This document shows positions 48,501 to 61,643 of a DNA stretch of 64,000 nt, in pieces (position 1 is the stretch's first letter; every line of letters starts with the position of its first letter). Source of the DNA: Patellaria atrata CBS 101060 (lineage: Eukaryota); the NCBI GenBank assembly GCA_010093705.1, contig MU006102.1, positions 66,123 through 130,122 of the forward strand, given 5' to 3'. A model generated the notes under the pieces. The model ran no database searches. It was not told where the DNA came from and saw nothing but the letters and a program-made list of their open reading frames with translations. The position numbers and the translations under genes are program-made.

Positions 48501-51500
48501 TTCACCCTCAGGTTCAGATCGGAAAGCGACCGAGCTGCAATACTGAACTTATATTCCAAAATAGTGGCCCCCGAGTTGTCGATGCGCAGTTTCTTCCATA
48601 ATCTGAGTACTGATACTTATCAAGTCGGCTTAGGTATAATCTGGAGACAAAATGTTCCTCATGAAGTCCAGCCCGCAGCGGATCACGGCCTAGTAAAGCA
48701 TCGTTTACAAGAGATAGAGTCGATGATGATTTGTACTCAGAAAGCCTGGCCTGTTGTTCTTGTAGGACCATCTGGTTCTGGGAAAACTCAACTGATCAAG
48801 CATCTAGCCGCTATCTCTAATGTCGATCTAATCACCTTTTCTCTAAATGCCGATACTGATGCTATGGATCTTGTAGGCGGTTACGAGCAAGTTGATCCAT
48901 CTAGGCAGGTTCAAGTTTTCTTGAGCAATCTTCGGTCCTTTGTATTTTCACGTTTAAGTATCAATGCGGCAACAGGTAGGTTCGATATTGCTGACCAAAA
49001 TTACCTCAACATGCTCCTCCAACAATTACGGACAGGATACAACAGCAAGGAGATGCGTAGTATTCACCAAACTCTATCCAATCTCGTCAAAAGTGAAGCT
49101 TCAACGGAGCTTTTAGGGTTCCTCAGAACGTCGGAAAACCTTCTAGAACAATTAGCACAATCAAACCATGCCCGGTTCGAATGGGTCGATGGGCTCCTCG
49201 TTAGAGCTTTAGAACGAGGAGATTGGCTTGTTTTAGACAATGCCAATTTATGCAGCCCATCAGTTCTCGACAGACTCAACTCTCTTCTAGAACCTAATGG
49301 ACACCTCAGTCTAAACGAGCATACGAACGAAAACGGTGAGGCAAGGGTTATCAAACCTCATCCAGGTTTTCGGATTTTCCTCACCATGGATCCTCGGTAC
49401 GGTGAGTTGTCAAGAGCATTACGAAATAGAGCTGTAGAGGTATTCCTCCTACCCTCGGAGGCTTTTCAATACAATGATTATGCTATAACAGGTTCTTCCC
49501 AGCTTGAATCTATGCTCTACAGATTCAGGGAATTTATAACATCGTTTTCATCTAACTCAAACGACAATATTTCGTTAGAATTTGCTGCTGTAGCTCTGGA
49601 CCACTTATCACCTAGTGATATAAATCTACTACCATGCTTTGTTCAACAGATCTTGGCGGGACTTGTCGATATCTCTAACCCACAGGTCATTCATATGGTT
49701 CAGCAGAGCTTTTCTACTATCAAAGGGCTCTCAATCGAATGGCAAAAGCATTTTGAAGGGTTACGGGCCGCTCAATCGAAAGTTATTACGTCGGGTTTAA
49801 ACTCAGACTTTGGTTTTGCGCAGGTCAGTGACCTCGCCGGAAGTATTAAGAGAAGGGTTGCTGATGGAATCTTGTATATAGTCAATACACGCACTGAACA
49901 ATTACACCCTTACTCGTTACAATCCCTATACCCAAGCTCAGTCAGTCTGGCTAGCCGACAGCTTTGAACTACATGGAGCAATCACAGATATGGATCATAC
50001 CTTCGAGAAAGCCGTTGAACTTTCTCATAATACCAAAAGTCCAACTAGACTCCAGCGCTCCATACTGTCAGGGCGCATTCCGAATGCAAAGAATGACTCG
50101 ACAATAGGAGCAGCTTCTTTCCTGAAGAACACCTTAACCATGGTTAAGACTTGGTTAGAATCAACCTTGAAGAATAATTTAACGAACTCGGTGAGTAGCA
50201 AGCGCATATATATGATCATAATAAGACATAAATAATTATTAATTCAGGAGACCGAGGTTTATATCCTACGTTTCTGCCAGTTCTGGCGGGATCTCTTCCA
50301 GTTTGTTCACTCTCAAGACTTCAATGAAGCTAGTTTTCAAGTCTATCTAAAGCTTGGTGTTTCTATCGTATCATCAAACCTAGGTGGTGGAGCCATAGCA
50401 ACAAATCTCTTACCTCTGTCTCGTGAGATGAAGTTGTTTGGTTCTTTTGCTGAGTTAGAGACTGGGTTGGATATGGAAAAGATATGGGTTTGTTTTCGTC
50501 CCGTTGTCCCATCGACTTATGATCGGTTACAATCATTGATAAAACTCGAGGACTTAGCCGATAGGTTTAATACTTCAATTTGGCAGTATCAAGTACCGCT
50601 TGAGGAACTCTGTCGTATTTGTGGGTCCCTACGCGATGCTATGGACTTAATCCTTTCGCAAGATATCGATGCCTCAGGATTGATTAATGTACGTCGCCCA
50701 GGTACGGATAAAACGGATCTTTTGGCTCATGGTGTATAGGGTCTTGAAAACTTCATTTCTAGTATTGAAACTAAAGAGTCTGACGATGTCCGCGAAATCG
50801 AACCATTCTTTACGGCCGAATTTGAGAATCTCTCACGACTATTTTCAATTCAGACAGCTACAGATCAACTCTCAATTAATATGCCAATACTGCGACTCTT
50901 AGCTAAGAGACCAATCCGATCAAGCCGAATTAATGAACAGGCCATTGGGTTCCAACCATGGAATATTCTAAGCCAGGTTTCAGATTATCGAGGTGAAGCT
51001 GTATACTCCAGCGATATTTCACCGCATCTACCGGGTGATCAAGAATCATTGTTTCAGAAACTGTAAGTTCAGCTGAGATATCATTATGAAATAGTACTAA
51101 CATAGATCTCAGTGCAAATGTTGCGTCTGTCCCACTAAGGACTCTCCACCTTCTACAGACCGAAGTGGGCATATTGGGAAGTAATATAGCGTCAAATACT
51201 CATATACTTTGTCGGGACGAATTACAGAGCTTAAATGCTACCCTAGAGTCACTCCAGTCTACGATGACATTCAGAGATATCATACAAACTACGGAGCTCA
51301 CTCTGGAATCATCAGGATGGGCCTGGGTTCAGTTTGGTGTTGGAGCTTTATTGTCTTTCGTTCCAGATCGACCTTTCGACCCAGCTCTACAATCACACAT
51401 TGAAAGAGAACTCTTCGTTAAGCATCGAACCGAGCTTGAATTGAAGCTGAATGCGCTGAAACTATATGAGAAGAGCTTTAATCTTCAGGAATGGACTTTT

Positions 51501-54500
51501 CGCATCCAACGAGTAGAACAAAAGCTTAGTGCGATGGGAAATGAACCTTCTGCGCCAAAGATTGCACGGCCACTGGTCTCCGAGCTCTCACGTCTACAAG
51601 GAGAGTTTACCAATCTTCTCCATTTGATCAATGATCTCAGCAACGCGTTGAGTTCACGCGATGCATCTGCAATCCTTGACCAAACCTTACAACAGAATCT
51701 TGCTCAGATATACTTACGGCTATCACACAACTTTAGAGCGTATGACGATATCACCCTTCCCGCTGTTGGTTTCCTTGATTGTGTCAGTGTTGGATGCAAG
51801 CTACTAGCTTGTAGGTTAAGGAAGTCTATGATAACAGTTCAGGAGTACGATTACCTCTGTAAAGCAACCCCATTCTTGGGTTTAGCACATTCAACCTCAT
51901 CGTTGGTACTCAAGGACGTCGTTCCTGGCGAGAATACACCAGATGAATTTGACTGGCACGTTCTGGAACGAATAGCCGTGCAATCTAGCATCGAGCCGTT
52001 ATATTACTCTCAGTACTGCACTACACTTCATCACATTTTTGCGAACTTTTACATCCATTGGCAACGCAAATTGCAGTCAGACCAAGTCAAAGCAGCCACA
52101 GATTCCTCACTCTATCGTTACCGAGGAGGACAAGCTGATGAAGACGAAGCAGATCAGGATGCATTCAATGCACTATTCCCAGACTACGAGGCTCCGAAGG
52201 AGGCAAAGACTGGAGTTGAAAGTCTGTACTCCGCGCAGGTGCTTGCGATTAAGTTGTCGAACGTGCACGCGGAGATATTCCTGAACAAGAAAGACTCATT
52301 TCCAAAACTTCGATCACTGATACTCAACACGGCTGAAATTATGAGTCTACGGGGCGCCGGAAGCTCATCCGTGTATAGTGATGCTTCTCGGAATGACTTA
52401 TTACCAGCAATATTGTTAGCTCTTGAAAATGAATCAGCGTCTCTAAGGGGAACTGGCGCGCCTAAGGGTAACTATAACATTTACACGGATCCCAACATTT
52501 CAGAAGCACAAAACCTTGTTCATCTTGTACACCGAATTCAACAAAGATTCAAGCAGCTAAGAGCTGTCTGGCCAGAACATGCTACATTGGGGGAGGTCCT
52601 GAGACTTTGCGAGGAGCTTCTCAGCTTCCAGCATGTTGAACCAGTAGCCAAGCTCCTGACTAAAACCGAAAAGCTGCATGAAGCAATTCACGAGTGGCAA
52701 CGGGTTGCGAGCAAAGAGTATAGCGCTGCAAATATCTATAATGACATCACCGCTCTGCTTGTCAGCTGGAGGCAACTTGAGCTTAGCACATGGGCACGTT
52801 TGTTCGATATCGAAGTCGAAAAGTGTACGGACGACGCGAAGAGCTGGTGGTTTGTTGCATACGAGAACATCATTGCTCTGCCAGAATCATTGACCTCGTC
52901 AGTTGAGAACTTGCAGGAACATACCGTCGGACTTCTCGAAACACTTGAATCATTCTTTCGAGCAACAAGTCTGGGGCAATATCATCAGAGATTGATGCTC
53001 CTGAGGCAATTTCAAGAGCATCTTTTTATGCGAGTTAGAGACGAACCGGCTTTAACTTCTGTTCATGTGGCTCTCTCGAATTTCATCATATATTTTTCCT
53101 ACTTCGAGCGTTCAGTCAAGGACTCCTTGCAGAAGGAACGGAGCATTCTTGAGAAGGACATCAATAACCTTCTCTGCATGGCCAGCTGGAGAGACACGAA
53201 CATTGATGCCCTCAGACAGAGCGCGAAGAAATCACATAAGCTACTTTTCAAGCTTGTAAGAAAGTTTAGAGCTGTATTAGCCCGTCCGGTGGAATCCTTA
53301 ATTCAAGGAGCATTTCCAGATATAAAAATCCAGGCTACAGTAGTCCGATCAACGTTAACACCAGTTATCAATTTCCCCGATTCAAATGGCTTCAAACCTA
53401 ACGAGGAATTGATAGCGAAATGGGTCTCGCGACCAGCGAGATTCAAGAATATACAAACAACTACATCCATGATGTACAAGATGAGTCAACCTCAGTCGAT
53501 GTCGTTCGATCCCACCCTATCTATCCGAACGTTTGCGGACAATTTAGAGGAGTCCATCACCCAGCTGCAGAAAGCTACTCCAATGACGCTTACTGAGGAA
53601 AATAAACCTCTCGTTAAGAATCTCAAGACACGCAAACGTGTTCTCTTTGCGGAAGTTCTCAAGAGTCTCCGTCAGATGGGTTTCAAATCCAACCCCTCGA
53701 GCAACGTGTTAAGCAAGCAGAAATCCCTCGCTTCTGTACTTGCATCAACTCCAGTGCTCCCATCTTATACGCCTATCCAGGAGTGCGAACAGGCGGATTA
53801 CTTTCTACTCAAGGCTCTTCACATAATGCCACGGGTTCGAGAAATACCTAGGGGGCATTCTGAGGATATCGCAAGTAATGAAGTTGCAAAGAGCATTGGT
53901 CTGCTGGAGAACATTCTCGGGACAATGGTCAAGCAGAGGAACTTAGTTGCAAAATCTATATCTGATGTTAAGCTCTTGGAGAAGACGATCTCAAGGTTAC
54001 AAGCAGTTTCAAAATCATCCAACGACAACATACATGTAGTCGCACCGCAAATGAAATCGACTCAGCATGGTTTACGCCAATGTCTTGCCTGGTTGTCGTC
54101 AATACTCGAAATGGGTATTCAAATTCTCTCCGCTCAATCCCGACTAGGAAATCTCCCGATATCACTGGCTATTGACAATCTACAACAATGGTCAACAAAA
54201 ATGCATGACTTCAAGCGGGAAATAGACGACCTTCCCCTATACCCACCCGGAATAGAATCAAGTCAGCATGAAGAACTACGGACGCGTACGTACCAGGCAT
54301 TGGGACAGTTACGGTTGGATCTAGAGAAATGGGAACAAGTGTATCCCGCTACAGGCTGCATAATCAGGCACATCCGTCCCTGGGCTGAAATTTCAAAACC
54401 AAATATCAATGGACAGTTAGAAGTCCAATTTAAGGCTAATGCATTCAGTCAAGGTCTTCTTGACACTTCAGGGCCTCTCAACGAGATCCTTGAGTCCGTA

Positions 54501-57392
54501 CAGAATTTGAATGCAGTTTTAAAGACAGTCTCTGCTTCTGAAAAGGATTCCGCTTGGATGATAAATACGAACAAGGTTTTTGAGAAGTCGCTCAACTCAC
54601 TGAGAACTGACAAAATATCAAGTGCGTTACGGACTCTTTCCGAACAACTACAGAATCTTACAACTGGAGACGAACTCAATACGGTTGCAGCAATTTTATT
54701 CACGGTTTTGCCCATCTTTCAACAATATAGAAACATCGTGGTGGATTGCATTACAAGAAGTGCAGCACTTCATTGTGCGACTGGGGATATGTTATGCCGG
54801 TTAGCCAAGTCTTTCGTTCTTATTGCGCAGAAAGGTTTCTGCACGCCTTCTGAGAAGTCGGATAATACTGAAGCGAGTAACGATAAACTTGAAGGAGGGA
54901 CTGGTTTGGGAGAAGGCGAAGGCGCCGAGGACATCAGTAAAGACATCAAAGATGATGAATATCTTGGTGACCTTGCGCAAGAGCACAATAAAGAAGAAGA
55001 TGCTGGAAGTATTCAGGACGAACAGGATGCTGTCAATATGGGTGATCAGGAGATGGAAGGAGAACTGGGTGATAAAGCTGAGGATGGGAGTGATAATGAA
55101 GCACAATCGGGGGATGAAAGTGAAGATGATATGGATGAGGAGGCTGGCGACGTTGACGATTTGAGCGCTTCAGCTCTAGATGAGAAGTTGTGGGACGATG
55201 GAAAACAAGATGCTAAGAAAGATAAGAAAGCGGACGATGCCAAGGGCTCAAAGAACACTGATGAGCAGGTTTCCGTGCAAGAAAATGAGAGAAAGAAGCA
55301 AGAAGAAGAGGAAGAAGGGAATAGTGACGACGAGGAGGATGTTGATGATGGAGCTGGAGAAAATGAGATGGTAGGGAGAGAAGAAACCGAGAAGGCAGAT
55401 CCCCATCTCCAGGAAGGAGAAAACTTAGACCTTCCAGAGGAGCTCGAGTTGGATGATGGGAAATCGCAAATATCAGATGATTCTATGATGAGTGAGATCG
55501 AGGAAAGAACCGACCAAGATGAAGAAACAGGTCAAGTGGAAGAGGATGACCAGCAACCTGCTTCTCCAAATGCCGATCATAATATGGATATCGACGAAGC
55601 CGATAATGTTCAGGACGAAGAGCATCAAGAGTCTAATGACGTTGATCCAGATAGCAAAGATGAAGCCCAATTAGAGGAAGAGGAAGAAACTAAGCAAGAC
55701 GGTCTTTTGCAAGATTACAACGACAACGCAAAACCGGGCGAGGAAGACCAACAACAGGAAACAAGGGGCGTTGGAAACGCGAATGAAGACCAAGATCCTC
55801 AACAGAATAGAGACTCGACATCCGCAGCTGCATCTAAACAAGACGATACTGTTGAAGGCGACTCATCTGAACAAACCCAAGCGCCAGCAAAAGAAGGTCA
55901 ACCAGGACAGACACAGCAACAAGACCAAGTGGGTCGAGACAATGATCTACAAGACTCTACAGATATTCAACCTTTCAAGAAACTTGGCGACGCTCTTGAG
56001 CAATGGTACAACCAGAATCGGCAGATCCGCGACGCTGGTCAAGGTAGGGAACCAGATATCGAACAGCTCCGCGATGATGTAGACATGGCCGATGCGGACT
56101 TCGAGCATCTTCCAGACCAAGATGCCAAACCCGATGCTCAGGCTCTAGGAACAGCTGAGAATGATCAAGCAAAAACTCTTGACGAAAGCAAAGCATTACA
56201 ATCCAATGAGAAAGAGCCTCCTGCGGAAACATTCCCAAACGATGAGAACAACGATGAAGCGGCCAACGAAGATACCAACATGACCGATGGGGCAGAGGCT
56301 GAGCGACGAGAAAATGCAGAGCGAAAAGAAGGCATACCCAACACATTCGTCGGCGCCCCGAAAACACCTCTTGACCAGATAAACTACGATCAAGACGCTG
56401 CTGATCTGGATGACTCGGATATCGAAAGTGTTGATGAAGCTCTCTCCACCGTTCATCTCAATCCCTCTGAACAGGCTGAAACCCGTTCCCCTGAATCTGC
56501 TCGCGCACTTTGGAACCAGCACGAATCCTCTACCCGCACTCTATGTCTCTCCTTGACAGAACAACTCCGCCTCATTCTAGCTCCGACCTTAGCAACTAAA
56601 CTCCGCGGCGACTTCCGGACCGGGAAGCGACTCAACATCAAGAAAATCATCCCTTACATCGCCAGCCAGTACAAGCGCGACAAGATCTGGATGCGCCGCT
56701 CCGTCCCCAGCAAGCGATCCTACCAAATCATGCTCGCTGTCGATGACAGCAAAAGTATGGCCGAAAGCCGTAGTAGCGAACTCGCATTCGAGACACTTGC
56801 ACTAGTCGCGAAATCGCTTTCTATGCTCGAAGCCGGCGAAATTTGTGTCGTTGGATTTGGCGAGGACGTCAAGGTCGCACATCCCTTCGACCACCCCTTC
56901 ACAAACGAAGCGGGTGTAGAGGTGTTCAAGCAATTCGGGTTCCAGCAGACGAAAACTGATGTCAAGAATTTGGTAAAGAAGAGCTTAGACCTCTTCAGAG
57001 AAGCGAGGATGCGATCGAGCGGGAACGGTGCCGAGCTCTGGCAGCTTCAAATCATCATTTCAGACGGCGTGTGCGAGAGCCACGACACGATCGCGCGACT
57101 GGTCAGACAGGCGCAAGAGGAGCGTATCATGATCGTGTTCGTCATCGTCGATGCTGCAGTATCCGCTACGACAGAGCTGGGAGAATCAAGGTCAAAGCGG
57201 AGTATTATGGATCTACAGACTGCGGAGTTTGGGCCGGATGAGAAGGGAGAGATGAAGTTAGTACGGCGGAAGTACATTGATACCTTTCCATTCAGGTGGT
57301 TTTTGGTGGTGAGAGATGTGAGGGATTTGCCGGGAGTGTTGGCGACGGCTTTGAAGCAGTGGTTTTCTGAGGTTGTGGATTCGTCAGCGTAG
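42576..57392 (+). CDS. MDN1: Midasin (Rea1), AAA+ ATPase for 60S maturation, ~4866 aa; exons 42576-49823, 49882-50190, 50248-50688, 50740-51062, 51113-57392
   Basis: Six Walker A motifs (GLPGSGKT, GETGTGKT, GPTSSGKT, GETGCGKT, GNPGVGKT, GPSGSGKT), long linker, D/E-rich tail, C-terminal MIDAS (AVDDSKSM, IISDG). Spliced length is 14601 nt, a multiple of 3. Confidence 0.97.
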
Positions 57393-58244
57393 GAAAAGTT
57401 TCGTGGTTTGATTTTTTTCTTCTGTAGATTTTTTGTTGCTGGAGTTATTGGGGTGTGGTGACTTTATGGTTCCAGTTCATTTCGTGGCTGTTAGAAGGTT
57501 TCTATAGATTATGTTAACTTCCTATCCTTGCCATGTTACTATACACATAAAGATCCTGGTACTCTTTGACGTTTCCTAAAAATTCTCAAGATAACCGTTT
57601 AGTGAGCACTTTGGGCATTTTAGATTCGTCATAGTTACGGGTTCTTACTGCTTGGATTGATAGTTTGTATCTTCTTTAATACCGCAAACACTATAAGACT
57701 TATTGTTTGAACGATATAGATAAGCAGGTTTTATCCTAAAGAGAAGAATAAATAAAAAAGAGAAGCAATCGTCCCATCCACTCCTAAGTACCTTCCCAAC
57801 ACTTTTAACCCCTTCCTCTCCTCCCTTACCCCTAAGAGATTCTATCTCCACCCTTCTTTCCCTAGAATAAAAAATAAAGAGAGTAACCAATATTAAAAAA
57901 AGAAAATAAATCAAGAGACAAAAAAAAAGCAAAAATACAGGTGTTATACAGGAGAGTAGAAACATCTAGCAACTTGACTAGGACGAGTTTCGACCCGATT
58001 ACTGACTGGTAGGAAATTCGTGACAAAGGAAATTGATTCTCAGCTATTGGCCCCCGCCACTCAGCCAAGCCGTCATTGTGAGTTGTGCAAGACTCGATTA
58101 AATATAAGGTGCAAACTGAATTTCTAGAATGAGATGTGTAACTTCTTATCCCGAAACAATCTTCCGTGAAGGGAAAGTGAATCACATGATAAGAATAAGA
58201 CGAATACCAGGAGGAGAAAAGTATATGATGTCGCAATGTGGATT

Positions 58245-60613
58245 TCATTTCAGGACCAGCGTTTCCCGGCCCCCTAAGGACAGTAACTCTCGGCCCGCAA
58301 CGTGATTCTTGGTCTCGTGACTCCTATACACAACTCCAACTCTTTGAAAAGCATCTTTTTCGCCTGGCATCCGTCGAAGAACCATAACCAGAGGCTCCTC
58401 TTCCTCCGGTCTCCACCAATCGATACTTCCAATGTGCAAGCAGCTGTACACGTTACCTCGTTCGGTTACATACCCCGGATCGTCGCAGATGAACACGAGG
58501 CGATGCTCCCCTTTATCCGTACAGATAGTGTACACGATTCCGTCTGTAGACTCACGCGTCTTATTCTCGGGATTTGCTTCTTCCGATTCGATTTTCAGCC
58601 CATGCACCGCCGTCCCAATAACCTTGAGCCACCCATCCTTCACATGGCCGAATGGATCAATACCCCCTAACTCGGTGACCGATTCCAGAACCTCAAGTTT
58701 GAAGGTGAACTTCTCGAGTGGATCCATATGCACAGGTCTCTCAACAGCAGCCCAACTCCAGCTGGGCGCCCTCCACGAGCTTGGTCTACGATTGTACTTT
58801 TCAATATCCCTTGTTCTGAGCATGAAGTCAGATTCCGTTTGCCAGAGCAAGGCACGTCCGAGATCACTCCTCCATAACCCGGCTAGATACTTATCCTTCG
58901 TTCCTGTGATCGCCTCTGTTGCCATGTGGAATTGTCTCGCCAGCCCAGCCAACGCAGGTAACTTATCCGTATCCTTCGTCAAATGCCTCTCCGTGAACAC
59001 CATGATAAGTTCATTCCACTTGCGGTACGGATGCTGTGCCGTGATGCTTGGCGACATCACCCTGGACAATTCGGGTCTCCTAAACTCTCGTAGAGAATAT
59101 ACATCGTCTGTTTCAATGATAGTGGTGCCGCCGCCGCACTCGCATGCGTACTGCTCGTTACACTCCCACGTCAATTCATTGGACGTGTACCGCAGGATGC
59201 GGTTCGCGAGGACGGCCTCTTGAAGACACCAGGCGCGGAAGACGATGGGGTCCGCGGCGTCCGGGATCTGCATCAGGGCGCTGCTGCGATCGTGTTGTCT
59301 CGCCAGGTTTGGACGCACGTAGATTGTACGGTCTTGGTATCGAAGGGGTTGAGGAGCAATGCCATACTTTTGGGTCGAGAATATCCCCTTATCGCTGCCG
59401 GGAGAGTTCGAGGCTGCGATAGTGAGGTGCGCGAGTGAGTAGACGTCACACATCTTACTAGCCTCATAAGCCCAGTCGTCGCCATCGTCTTGAATAATAC
59501 AGAGAGCATCGACCCAGAGGTAAGGGATTCCGAGACGGCGAGAGATAATCACAGCATCTTGTAGAGTTTTCGGAAGAGTATCGAGCGGGATAGAGCGCTT
59601 GTGGGAAGATATGTTCTTGGTCGTCGTAGTGAGGACCTTGGTCTTACCCCAGCAGTAACTCAGTGCGACATATTTGCCAGGCTGTCCATTGGTCTCAAAT
59701 AAAAAGGGATCACGAGAGCTGTCGAGGCCGATATCGAGCACTCGAGTCGGTAGATATGGATCAGAAGATGTGCTCTTGCATAAGGTATGGTTCTCGACAC
59801 AATTCTCAAGCCATTTTGCAGCAGTGTTGTAGCACTCTTCATCGGAAGAATGTACCGGGATCTCCACCACCGGACCGATAGTCGGAAATCTAGAGAAATT
59901 AGCAAAAACACAGGTATACAAATCATGTAGCTATCGTCAGTGCAGGTTGTGGTAACTTCAGAATGGATCTCCGAGCTCTTTTTCTTGCTTTTAACCTCGT
60001 CCTTTCTCTTGTCGTGGCATTCCTCGCCTGTCGTACCGTTTATCCTCAAAGACCACCGATGTTACAGTAGATAGTAGAGGAAAGTCGGTAATATACGATG
60101 GAAGGTCGTACCTAAAACTCAACCAGAGAAAAAAGAGATAAAGCATAGTACAACTGTCGAAGGAATGCCATCTATGACAGGGAGAAAATAACTCCAAATT
60201 GCATTTCCAAGCTCTTTCTCTACGCTCACATCTCGTAGGAAACATTCCTCATTATACATAGGAAAAAGACTAAACAGAAAAAGCGCCTACCTCCCTTGCC
60301 TATCAAAAAGCTCCAAATAGAGGATATCGTTCCTCCAAATGACCTTCAACGGCCCTCCCGAAACCATCCTCACCTCAACACTCAACTCCATCTCTTTCTC
60401 CCCCCATTCATGTTTATACAGTCCCAACGCATCCCATATCAACCTACACTCGTCGCAAGATGTCGACGATGTTTTGAGCTCACTCGCTGGGATGAAGTGG
60501 ACTGCGGGTGAGGTTCCTTGAGGGATGAGAGTTGGCGGTTGGAGGGAATGGCAGGTGGGGCAGGAGATATCCAAATTATTAGAAGCTGAACTAGAACTAG
60601 TGACAGAAACCAT
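58245..60613 (-). CDS. Heterokaryon incompatibility (HET) domain protein; exons 60613-60291, 59889-58245
   Basis: WLENCVENHTLC, LPTRVLDI, YVALSYCWG, LPKTLQDAV...YLWVDALCIIQDD, RAWCLQE, DKLPALAGLA, YLAGLW, RAPSWSWA. N-terminal exon with CPTC/CDEC is joined in frame by intron 59890-60290. Confidence 0.92.
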
Positions 60614-60998
60614 TATTTAGAAATGTATTTATTTTTATTTTTGATTTATTAGTATGTAGAGTCATTTTCGGTAAGTTTTATACAAGTCAGAAGTTTCGAA
60701 ATGTCTTGCAGTAAAACGAGTGAGGCTGTGTTGAGTTGATCTCCTGGCGCCTAACTGGCGAATTGAGATACATCAGTGTACGGTGGTAGCTATGTATATT
60801 TACAAATAGGCTCCCTTACCAGATAGAAGTTATCTACTTCTTGAAGCCTCGAGGGATAGAGAAAGTAATATATGTACACAAAGGTAAAAGGTGTATAGAT
60901 TTATGCACAAATGTTGGCTCTCACAGAGAGCAATCATCTTCCCCTATTCTCCATCCAGGAGAAGGAAGACAGAGACGTGATACAAACTTCATCACCAT

Positions 60999-61643
60999 CT
61001 AGCCAGAACATGCAGTAAACACCAACTGGCCCCCAGTCCTCCCTTCCCTACACGCTCCTACCGGCTGGATCCCGTTAGGCACTGGAACATAATAAGCATC
61101 CTCCTCGCACCTCTCCCCCGGTCCGCACCTAAATCCCCTACACGTGCCCATACCATGTCCCTTGATCCTCAGTCCTTTTTCATGTCCTGGACATTGTGAC
61201 GCATCATGGCCAACCACGCAGTCGATGAGAGAAATGTCGTACCAGAGCCTCCCACCGGCAAGAGAGTACTCGAACTGGGTGACCTTGTTGCAAGTTCGAT
61301 CTCTCGAGATCTTGATACTGACACCGCATCCAGGACAAGGAGCGCGAAAGGGTTCACTATATGACTTTCTTGGGCGTACAGTGATCGCGTTCAAAGTGTT
61401 GCGGGTGGAGTCTACGGAGAAGATGTACAGCGGGTAGGGGCAGTTGTTTTTGACGACTGCGAGGCCCGATTTGCGCTTTTCGTGATGGATGGCCGAAAGA
61501 ATGTCCGTGTGAGATGTTGTTTGAAGATCTCCGTCGGTGAGAATGCCTGGTGAGCGCACGTGGTGCTTGGAATGCAGAGGTGAGGCTCCGATCGTATACA
61601 TGAAGGATATGGGTAGGAAGATGGATGTGAAGTGGAACTTCAT
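60999..61643 (-). CDS. Secreted Bys1/thaumatin-like protein (214 aa, intronless)
   Basis: Signal peptide, pro-region ending EKRK, AVVKNNCPYPLYIFSV, YSEPF, GVSIKISR, VTQFEYS, WYDISLIDC, Cys-rich C-terminus. Confidence 0.85.
   Translation of the reverse strand: MKFHFTSIFLPISFMYTIGASPLHSKHHVRSPGILTDGDLQTTSHTDILSAIHHEKRKSGLAVVKNNCPYPLYIFSVDSTRNTLNAITVRPRKSYSEPFRAPCPGCGVSIKISRDRTCNKVTQFEYSLAGGRLWYDISLIDCVVGHDASQCPGHEKGLRIKGHGMGTCRGFRCGPGERCEEDAYYVPVPNGIQPVGACREGRTGGQLVFTACSG

Noticed and set aside
58432..59223. 263-aa + strand ORF (and similar long antisense ORFs at 11016-11636, 43178-43822, 27933-28538)
   Set aside because: Antisense shadows of well-supported genes.
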